64,000 nucleotides of DNA from contig JAKQKX010000016.1 of NCBI GenBank assembly GCA_029560465.1, positions 141,093 to 205,092 on the forward strand, written 5' to 3'. The stretch comes from Candidatus Omnitrophota bacterium (GTDB lineage: Bacteria; Omnitrophota; Gorgyraeia; Zapsychrales; JANLHA01). The notes below the pieces were generated by a model. That model did not search any database and had not been told where the DNA came from. It was given only the letters and a program-made list of their open reading frames with translations. Positions within the stretch are counted from its first letter, which is position 1. Every line of letters begins with the position of its first letter. Below, piece by piece: positions 57,053 to 64,000 of this stretch. A program made the position numbers and the translations under genes.

Positions 57053-57508
57053 ATGAAAATTTTTATTGCTGCGGACCACCGGGGTTTTCAATTGAAGCAG
57101 ACGATCAGGGGCTTTTTGCTGGATAAAGGATTTGATGTGAGTGACGAGGGGTGCCATGAAGACGGGGTGGCGTGTGATTACCCGGAATTTTCCTGCAAAG
57201 TCGCCTGGGCCGTCAGCCAAACCCCCGGTGCCCGCGGGATTCTGGTTTGCATGACCGGCATCGGCCATGCTATTGCCGCGAATAAAGTCCCGGGGGCCTA
57301 CGCTGCCTTGTGCTACAATAAGGAAGCTGCTGTTTTGTCCCGGGAGCATAATAATGCCAATATCCTGGTTTTAGGGGCCCGCTTCGTGCCGGAGCCTGAA
57401 ATACCCGATATTGTTTTAACGTGGCTTCGGACCGAGTTTGAAGGCGGGCGTCATCTCAGGCGGGTTCAGAAAATCAAAGAGATTGAAAAGAAATTTTTAA
57501 AGACATAA
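57053..57508 (+). CDS. rpiB: Ribose-5-phosphate isomerase B
   Basis: MKIFIAADHRGFQLK... is the RpiB/LacAB family pattern. Confidence 0.85.
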   Translation: MKIFIAADHRGFQLKQTIRGFLLDKGFDVSDEGCHEDGVACDYPEFSCKVAWAVSQTPGARGILVCMTGIGHAIAANKVPGAYAALCYNKEAAVLSREHNNANILVLGARFVPEPEIPDIVLTWLRTEFEGGRHLRRVQKIKEIEKKFLKT

Positions 57509-57585
57509 CCCTGGTTGCAGGAGTTCCTGTTTTTAGGCCCGGATAGGGTTTTCATGTTAAGGCGTCATCAGTAAAGGGGAAACAT

Positions 57586-58854
57586 ATGAAGTGCATAAAA
57601 AAGATAGATCCGGAGATATATCAAGCGATTATCCATGAGCTGAACCGGCAGCGGAATAATTTGGAACTGATCGCTTCGGAGAACATTGTGTCCGAGGCGG
57701 TTTTGGAAGCTCAGGGATGCGTCATGACCAATAAATATGCGGAAGGATATCCTGACCGCCGTTGGTATGGCGGATGTCAATACATTGATGTAGCCGAGAA
57801 ATTGGCGATTGAGAGAGCTAAACAATTATTTGGGGCCGAGCACGTGAATGTTCAGCCTCATTCCGGGTCCCAGGCCAATCAGGCGGTTTATCAGGTAGCG
57901 GTTGAGCCGCAGGACACGGTTCTCGCTTTGGATTTGGCCTGCGGCGGGCATCTGACCCACGGGCACAAATTGAATTTTTCCGGAAAGACGTATCATATGG
58001 TCCCTTACACGGTTCATCCGGAAACTGAAATGCTGGATTATGACGAGATTGAACGGTTGGCCCGCTTACATAAGCCGAAGATGATCCTGGCCGGAGCTTC
58101 CGCGTATTCCCGTTTTATTGATTTTGAAAGGTTTCGGAAAATTTGCGATTCCGTCGGGGCGTTCCTGTTTGTTGATATGGCCCATATCGCCGGACTGGTG
58201 GCGGCCGGGTTGCATCCCAATCCGGTGCCGTATGCCGAATTTGTTACGACCACAACGCACAAAACCTTGCGCGGCCCCCGCGGGGGGATGATTTTGTGCC
58301 GGGAGGAGTTCGGGAAGAAGATTGATACGAACGTGTTCCCCGGCCTGCAGGGAGGGCCGCTGATGCATGTGATCGCGGCCAAGGCCGTGGCCTTCCAGGA
58401 GGCGCTTTCAGATGATTTTAAACAGTATCAGAAACAGGTTATTGCCAATGCCAAAGCCTTGTCGGCCAGTTTGGCGGAGCGGGGATTCCGTATCGTGGCC
58501 GGAGGCACCGATAACCATTTGTTTATGGTTGACCTAAGGTCCAAGAACGTGACGGGGAAAGAGGCGTCGGCCATCCTGGATAGCGTGCATATTACGGTGA
58601 ACAAGAACCTGATCCCGCGTGACCCTCAGAGCCCCATGGTGACCAGCGGGATTCGAATTGGGACCCCGGCGATAACAACGCGCGGGATGAAAGAACCGCA
58701 AATGAAGCGCGTGGCCGAGTTCATGGATGAGGCGATAACGCATAAAGATGAGGAAACGGTTTTATCCCGTGTCCGGGACGGGGTGAAGGCTTTGACAGAG
58801 GCGTTCCCGATTTATGAGCGGCTGCCGGAGTCAGGGGCGGATGAGCGGTTATGA
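57586..58854 (+). CDS. glyA: Serine hydroxymethyltransferase
   Basis: 422 aa with the [17 protein letters not shown]-lysine motif. Confidence 0.95.
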   Translation: MKCIKKIDPEIYQAIIHELNRQRNNLELIASENIVSEAVLEAQGCVMTNKYAEGYPDRRWYGGCQYIDVAEKLAIERAKQLFGAEHVNVQPHSGSQANQAVYQVAVEPQDTVLALDLACGGHLTHGHKLNFSGKTYHMVPYTVHPETEMLDYDEIERLARLHKPKMILAGASAYSRFIDFERFRKICDSVGAFLFVDMAHIAGLVAAGLHPNPVPYAEFVTTTTHKTLRGPRGGMILCREEFGKKIDTNVFPGLQGGPLMHVIAAKAVAFQEALSDDFKQYQKQVIANAKALSASLAERGFRIVAGGTDNHLFMVDLRSKNVTGKEASAILDSVHITVNKNLIPRDPQSPMVTSGIRIGTPAITTRGMKEPQMKRVAEFMDEAITHKDEETVLSRVRDGVKALTEAFPIYERLPESGADERL

Positions 58855-59327
58855 AATGCCCGGGGTGTGGACATAAAGAAACAAAAGTGGTCGATTCCCG
58901 CATGAGCGGGGACAACGGCGTGATACGCCGCCGCCGGGAATGTCTGAAGTGTGAGAAAAGGTTTACGACGTATGAATACATTGAGCAGACGCCTTTGATG
59001 GTCGTCAAAAAAGACGGCCGCCGTCAGCCGTTTGACCGCAAAAAGATAATCGCCGGGCTGGTGAAGGCGTGTGGAAAAAGGCCGGTCAGTGTTGATAAGA
59101 TTGAAGAGTTGACGATGGAGGTTGAGCGCGCTATTCAGAGAAAATATGACCGGGAAGTTCTTTACAGCGATATTGGTGAAATTATTATGGAGAAGCTGGC
59201 GGTCCTCGATCAAGTCGCGTATGTCCGGTTCGCGTCGGTTTACCGGCAATTTCGGGACGTGAACCATTTTATGACGGAGATCAAATACATTTTGGAAAAG
59301 GACAAGGTGCCGGCCCGAAGGAAATGA
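58851..59327 (+). CDS. nrdR: Transcriptional repressor NrdR
   Basis: MKCPGCGH...[13 protein letters not shown] is a zinc ribbon, followed by an ATP-cone. It overlaps the glyA stop (ATGA). Confidence 0.9.
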   Translation: MKCPGCGHKETKVVDSRMSGDNGVIRRRRECLKCEKRFTTYEYIEQTPLMVVKKDGRRQPFDRKKIIAGLVKACGKRPVSVDKIEELTMEVERAIQRKYDREVLYSDIGEIIMEKLAVLDQVAYVRFASVYRQFRDVNHFMTEIKYILEKDKVPARRK

Positions 59328-59371
59328 ACGCCCCGGTTTTTCAGGGATAGGGGGGAAGAAAGAAGACTGTT

Positions 59372-59779
59372 ATGATTCAAGTGGATTTAACGAAAATTAT
59401 TATTGATGAACGGCGACAGGACCAGGTCATTGTCCTGAAAGAAAAATCCGGGGAACGGCAATTCCCGATTGTGATTGGCTTTATGGAGGCCTCAACGATC
59501 AAAATGAAGTTGTCCGGCATAGAAGTCCCCCGGCCCATGACGCATGACCTTTTATTATCCACGATTCAGGCGCTGGACTCAAGCGTGGAGAGGTTGGTGA
59601 TTGATAAGCTTATTGAAAACACCTTTCATGCCAAGCTGGTGTTGCGGACACGGGGCGGGGAAGAGCGGATTGTTGATTCCCGGCCTTCTGACGGCATCGC
59701 TTTGGCCGTCCGGGCGCACGCGCCTATTTTTGTGGAAGAAGAAGTTTTACAGAAAGCCTCGATTTCTAAACTGGATTAG
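59372..59779 (+). CDS. Bifunctional nuclease (BFN/DUF151) family protein
   Basis: 135 aa with the BFN pattern (PIVIGFMEA...MTHDLL...). Confidence 0.65.
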   Translation: MIQVDLTKIIIDERRQDQVIVLKEKSGERQFPIVIGFMEASTIKMKLSGIEVPRPMTHDLLLSTIQALDSSVERLVIDKLIENTFHAKLVLRTRGGEERIVDSRPSDGIALAVRAHAPIFVEEEVLQKASISKLD

Positions 59780-59854
59780 GCCGGCTCGTCACAGAACGGG
59801 TGTCTTGAAGTCAAGCCTTACGGGTTAGGCTGAAAAATAAGGTCATTCCCTCAG

Positions 59855-61306
59855 ATGTCTTTCCTGAATCAGTATCCGCTTTTAAAAATTATCCGGGAGC
59901 TGGCCCAAAAGCGCCGTTTAGAGGTGTTTTTAGTCGGAGGGTTCCTCCGGGATTTCGCGATCGGCCGGCCGTGTGATGATTTCGATTTTGCCGTCAATCG
60001 GAATGCGATTGCATTGGCTCGGGCTTTTGCCAAAAAGGTGAAGGGCGCTTTTGTGCTCCTGGACGAGGAACACGGGTGCGCCCGGGTGGTCAAGAAAGAA
60101 CGGGGCGGACCGCGGACCTATGACTTCGCCGATTATCGGGCGCAGACGCTACGCAAAGATTTATGGCATCGGGATTTTACGATCAACACCTTGGTCGTTG
60201 ATATAGGCGCCTGCCCTGCCGACGCTGAACTTGAGGATATTGTCCAGGATTACCGAAAAGCCTGGCCGGATATCCGCGCCCGGCGGATTCGCATGGCATC
60301 GGTGAAAGTTTTTCAGGAGGACCCGTTGCGCATTCTGCGGGCTTTCAGTTTGAAGGCGGCTTTGGGGTTCGAGATGGATGCGCGCACCCGGCAACAAATC
60401 TGTAAAGACAAAGATCTGTTGAGGGACGTGTCTCCGGAAAGGGTCAGGGACGAACTTTTTAAGATATTGCAGACAAACGTTGCGGCCCGGATTCTTAAAG
60501 AAATGGACCGGCTGAAGATTCTGGAACAGGTGATCCCTCAAGTCCGGGTGATGTATCGTGTGAAACAGGGCACGTATCATCATTTGGATGTGTGGCCTCA
60601 TTCCATGGAAACGGTTGTTCAGCTTGAACATATTTACGCAGAAGGGGCACGCCATCCGGATATCCCCTTATACCTGGCGGAAACGCTGGGGGCGGCCCGG
60701 ACGCGTGGGGCTTTAATGAAGCTGGGGGCGTTGCTGCACGATATCGGCAAGCCGGAATCAAAACGCAAACAGGATAACCGCACGCTTTTTCACGGGCATG
60801 AGCGCATCGGAAGTCAGATTGTCAGCCATGTCTCCCGGATGCTTAAGCTTTCAACGCGGGAACGCCATGCGCTTATGGACATGGTGGCGTGTCATTTGCG
60901 GCCGGGGTACCTTTCCAATTTTAAGTCCCCTAGCGCGAAAGCCGTTTTCCGTTATTTCCGAGACACGAAAGAGGAAGCTGTCAGCGTCGCGCTTATTTCC
61001 CTGGCAGACCAAAAGTCAACGCGGGGCCCGTTAACCACCGAGGAAGATCAGCGGCATCACGAAGAGATATGCTGGAGGCTTGTTCACGCCTATTTTGAAA
61101 ACAAAAAGAACGTCCCTGCCGCGCGGCTTTTAACCGGGGATGACCTTATCGAAGCGTTGAAGTTGTCTCCGTCCCCGATGTTCTCGGTGATCCTGCGGGA
61201 AATCGAAGAACAGCAAGCCCTGGGCAAGGTGACGTCCAAGTCGGAGGCGCTGGCGCTGGCGGAACGCATCGCGGCCCGCCTTACACAAGGAGAAAAGCAC
61301 GGATGA
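59855..61306 (+). CDS. cca: CCA tRNA nucleotidyltransferase (class II polymerase beta family head + HD domain)
   Basis: GGFLRD...DFDF nucleotidyltransferase motif and a C-terminal HD motif (HDIGK). Confidence 0.85.
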   Translation: MSFLNQYPLLKIIRELAQKRRLEVFLVGGFLRDFAIGRPCDDFDFAVNRNAIALARAFAKKVKGAFVLLDEEHGCARVVKKERGGPRTYDFADYRAQTLRKDLWHRDFTINTLVVDIGACPADAELEDIVQDYRKAWPDIRARRIRMASVKVFQEDPLRILRAFSLKAALGFEMDARTRQQICKDKDLLRDVSPERVRDELFKILQTNVAARILKEMDRLKILEQVIPQVRVMYRVKQGTYHHLDVWPHSMETVVQLEHIYAEGARHPDIPLYLAETLGAARTRGALMKLGALLHDIGKPESKRKQDNRTLFHGHERIGSQIVSHVSRMLKLSTRERHALMDMVACHLRPGYLSNFKSPSAKAVFRYFRDTKEEAVSVALISLADQKSTRGPLTTEEDQRHHEEICWRLVHAYFENKKNVPAARLLTGDDLIEALKLSPSPMFSVILREIEEQQALGKVTSKSEALALAERIAARLTQGEKHG

Positions 61307-62235
61307 TCAAGATCAAAGATGTGCAGCTTGATATTATTCAGGGGCGTGCTGTGGATGCGCGAGGCGACGCGCTTGTTAACCCGTGTGATGCCCGCTGCGC
61401 TTTGTCTGATACCCTGGATGGGATCCGGGTGCGGGCGGGTTTTTTAAAAGGGGAGGCGGGGGAGGATATTCTTGGCCCCTTAACCCCTGGCGCGGTCGCC
61501 TGGACGATGGAGGACGGTTCCCCCAACCGCCTGGTCATTCACGCCCTGTTTGCGGATAGGGGGCGGACGGATGAAAATATTTTGCGGCAAGCCTGCCGGA
61601 ACGCATTGTCTTTGGCCCGTTCCCGCCACGCAGAAATCTTGGCGTTCCCGCCGTTGTTTCAGCGTGGGGTGGCCTTTCCCGCGCGCGGGGCGGTCAAGAT
61701 TTTGGCGCAGGAAATCCTGAAATTTGCCCGCACGGACCCGGGCCGGGTGAAGCGGATTGCCGTTTGTCTTGAAGACGCTGGAGATTACGATTTTTATTTA
61801 AAAGAGATGAGCGGGTATATCCGTCATATTCAGGATGAACTTGGTTCCGGCCCGTATGTGACGGTGGATATTATTATTGAACAGCCGGACGGGATCGTCG
61901 TCATTGAGCGGTCGAATCCTCCGCTTGGGTTGGCTTTGCCCGGAGGATTTGTGGACCCCGGCGAGTCCCTGGAAGCGGCGGCCCGGAGGGAAACCCGGGA
62001 GGAAACCGGGTTGGAGCTGGATGACGTGCGGCAGTTTCACACATATTCTGCGCCTGACCGCGATCCGAGGTTCCATACCGTCAGCACGGTGTTTGTGGCG
62101 CGGGGCCGCGGAATCCCCCGGTTCGGGGATGATGCCCAAGGGCTGAAAGTGATTCCTAAAGACGCCATTTTGTCGCACACGTTTGCGTTTGACCACAAGG
62201 CCATTCTTCAGGATTATTTAAACGGGGCTTATTAA
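61303..62235 (+). CDS. Fusion: Macro domain-like N-terminus + NUDIX hydrolase C-terminus
   Basis: NUDIX box GGFVDPGESLEAAARRETREETGL in the C-terminal half. The N-terminal 150 aa has a macro-domain-like pattern. Start overlaps the cca stop. Confidence 0.6.
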   Translation: MIKIKDVQLDIIQGRAVDARGDALVNPCDARCALSDTLDGIRVRAGFLKGEAGEDILGPLTPGAVAWTMEDGSPNRLVIHALFADRGRTDENILRQACRNALSLARSRHAEILAFPPLFQRGVAFPARGAVKILAQEILKFARTDPGRVKRIAVCLEDAGDYDFYLKEMSGYIRHIQDELGSGPYVTVDIIIEQPDGIVVIERSNPPLGLALPGGFVDPGESLEAAARRETREETGLELDDVRQFHTYSAPDRDPRFHTVSTVFVARGRGIPRFGDDAQGLKVIPKDAILSHTFAFDHKAILQDYLNGAY

Positions 62236-62250
62236 TATCAGGAGAAAAAT

Positions 62251-62367
62251 GTGGTGGGAGAGGAAAACCTTCCGGGATTATCCGACACCGCGGCGGGGTT
62301 CATCACGGCCGGGATTGTCGCGGTGATTTATATTCTGATCCGGTTTCTGCAAAGACGGCCTCGTTGA
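62251..62367 (+). CDS. Putative small (38-aa) single-TM protein
   Basis: AGGAG RBS, GTG start (an alternative ATG lies 2 nt upstream in another frame), a hydrophobic helix FITAGIVAVIYILIRFL, and a GC hairpin following. Confidence 0.3.
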   Translation: MVGEENLPGLSDTAAGFITAGIVAVIYILIRFLQRRPR

Positions 62368-62400
62368 GGCCGTTTCCGTTTCGCCTTTCTTTTTTAAAAA
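62357..62400 (+). terminator. Possible terminator hairpin (GGCCTCGTTGAGGCC) with a distal T-run
   Basis: The hairpin overlaps the small-ORF stop. T6 lies about 20 nt downstream. Confidence 0.3.
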
Positions 62401-62708
62401 GAAAATATTGAATAATAGCTAGAATAACCTTGGGGTGAGGATATAATTATTTTGAATTACCTCCTAGGGGGCCGTTCTGCAATATCGGGGGCGAGAAAAC
62501 GCTTCCTTTTCGTGACGCCCGGTCCCGCGTGGCGGGGGTCGGACCATTTTTAAAAATTTTTATTTATGATCGACGAGAAAGTATTTATGGGGGGCCTGGG
62601 GAGGCCCAGATACTTTGGTAAATGCGTGGAGTATTATTGTATACTTTTTATAGTAGGAATAATAGAAAACGCGATAAGCATGTCAACCATGCCGTTAGGA
62701 GATCCGGA

Positions 62709-63569
62709 ATGAACCACAAAAAGAACTTTGCTGTCATGCTTTGGGGAATTATGTTTTTTGGGTTTGCCGTTACAGCCGTTTGCGCCGGCACGTTAACGTT
62801 AACGACGTATTATCCCGCGCCTTTTGGTTCTTATTCTCAGCTTCGCCTTGTCCCGCGTACCGCGATAAGCGGCGCGTGTGATGTCGGGAGCATGTACGTG
62901 GATCAGGCCACCGGCCTCTTAATGTATTGCCGGAGCGATTCGACGTATGGGCTTTTGCCGACAGCCTGGACCCAGGACGCTAATGCGGTTTTTTTGACGG
63001 ACGTGACGAATTACAGTTTTTTAAAAGTCGGGATCGGGACCATTAACCCCGACAGCTTGCTGCAGGTCGAGGCGCAGGGGACGGACGCCACTTTTAAAGT
63101 CGACCAGATGGGCGGCAGCGCTTACGTTGTGCGAAGCCAGGCCACCAATTCTTCGATCGGGACCACCGGGAATACGTCTCTGCAGATTAATACCAATAAC
63201 ACGGCCCGGATTCACATCACGTCCCAGGGGAAGGTGGGGGTCAATATGACCAACCCCACCCAAGAATTGGTTGTCAAAGGGGGCGTGGAGATTACTGTTG
63301 ACGCGGGCCAGGACAGCCAGGTGACGTTTTCCAGGGGGACGACGTTTGTGACCATGGGGCTTGACGCGGCGGATAATTATTTTAAGATCAATTACGGGAC
63401 CGCCGTTGGCGCCACGACCGAGCTTGTCCTTCTGCCCAGCGGGAAGCTGCGCATCAACGGGCCCATTGAAGTTAAACTCGGTAGCGACCCGATCGGGGAG
63501 ATTAAGTTGAGGTATATCGATACCGGGGATCCGAACACTTCGGGATATTATGCGATGTACGCACCGTAA
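62709..63569 (+). CDS. Secreted/membrane-anchored hypothetical protein, beta-rich, T/S/G/N-rich C-terminal region
   Basis: AGGAGA RBS. N-terminal hydrophobic segment. Confidence 0.5.
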   Translation: MNHKKNFAVMLWGIMFFGFAVTAVCAGTLTLTTYYPAPFGSYSQLRLVPRTAISGACDVGSMYVDQATGLLMYCRSDSTYGLLPTAWTQDANAVFLTDVTNYSFLKVGIGTINPDSLLQVEAQGTDATFKVDQMGGSAYVVRSQATNSSIGTTGNTSLQINTNNTARIHITSQGKVGVNMTNPTQELVVKGGVEITVDAGQDSQVTFSRGTTFVTMGLDAADNYFKINYGTAVGATTELVLLPSGKLRINGPIEVKLGSDPIGEIKLRYIDTGDPNTSGYYAMYAP

Positions 63570-63593
63570 TATTTCAAAAAGGAGACAGGGGAT

Positions 63594-64000
63594 ATGGAAA
63601 GGAACAACAGGTTTTTCAGCGGGGGAAACGGATGTTTTCTGGCGGTGACTGTGATGGTGGCCGTGGCGGTGTTCCTGGCGGGAGGCCCGCGGGCGGGGGC
63701 TCAGACATGGACAGACGGCGATCTGGTGACCCTGCAACGGGCCGTGAAACCGATCCATATCCGGGAATTACGAAGAGCTATTTATAATAAGCGCATGCTG
63801 TGCGGCATGTCCGCTCCCGTCTGGGAGAACCCGAATATTATTTCCAAGGTCACCCCGATCCGCGCTCAACATGTCGAGGAATTACGCCAAACCCTTAAAG
63901 ATATCTATGACCTTCCTCCTGCCCGGCCTCTTCCGGAGGGGGTGGTTCTTGAGACGGATATCCCGGCGGATGCCGCCATTCAAGCCTCGCATATTTATGA
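63594..64000 (+). CDS. Hypothetical secreted protein (partial, runs off window end)
   Basis: ATG with a GGAGA RBS and a signal peptide (FLAVTVMVAVAVFLAGGPRAGA). Open to the window end. Confidence 0.45.
   Translation, partial: MERNNRFFSGGNGCFLAVTVMVAVAVFLAGGPRAGAQTWTDGDLVTLQRAVKPIHIRELRRAIYNKRMLCGMSAPVWENPNIISKVTPIRAQHVEELRQTLKDIYDLPPARPLPEGVVLETDIPADAAIQASHIY

Noticed and set aside
1-64000. tRNA/rRNA genes
   Set aside because: No GTTCRANYC-type T-loop motifs in intergenic regions, no 70-90-nt cloverleaf candidates found on reading intergenic stretches, and no rRNA-like segments.

Overview
This 64 kb window comes from a high-GC (about 60%) bacterium with a Gram-negative-type envelope; an Omp85 barrel and porin-like beta-barrel proteins are present. 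Most genes are on the + strand. Core housekeeping genes occupy both ends. At 0-14.3 kb: a tRNA-binding protein, a GT-C-like membrane protein, then a tight operon of YjbQ, YkgJ-family protein, DUF2156, DnaQ-like exonuclease and a PabB-PabC fusion; then Lrp with an aminotransferase, and an M48 peptidase coupled to an M1-peptidase/Omp85 fusion. At 29.6-64 kb: REC-EAL, PfkB kinase, era, nnr, nth, mgtE, a Ddl-like ATP-grasp gene next to kamA, P-II, rpsU, purH, folC, mnmE, cvpA, tandem PilZ, purB-purC-purSSL-LOG-purQ-purM-purD-purE, a YrdC/LMW-PTP fusion-rpiB-glyA-nrdR block, BFN nuclease, cca and a Macro-NUDIX fusion. Between them (14.3-29.6 kb) lies a compositionally mosaic accessory segment. It holds a 2.8 kb islet of about 33% GC carrying an HNH-domain protein, an uncharacterised partner and a YefM/YoeB toxin-antitoxin pair. 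It also holds an IS3-family element inserted into a decayed SDR pseudogene, and a low-GC block with a dCache methyl-accepting chemotaxis protein, an outer-membrane beta-barrel and an orphan substrate-binding protein. I found no rRNA, tRNA or CRISPR array. I consider the HNH + unknown-partner islet the best candidate for an undescribed system (possibly anti-phage or abortive infection). Other points of interest are the M48 + M1/Omp85 envelope protease operon, and the Ddl-like ATP-grasp + KamA pair with a structured T-rich leader. There are also several unusual domain fusions (PabB-PabC, PurS-PurS-PurL, YrdC-LMWPTP, Macro-NUDIX).
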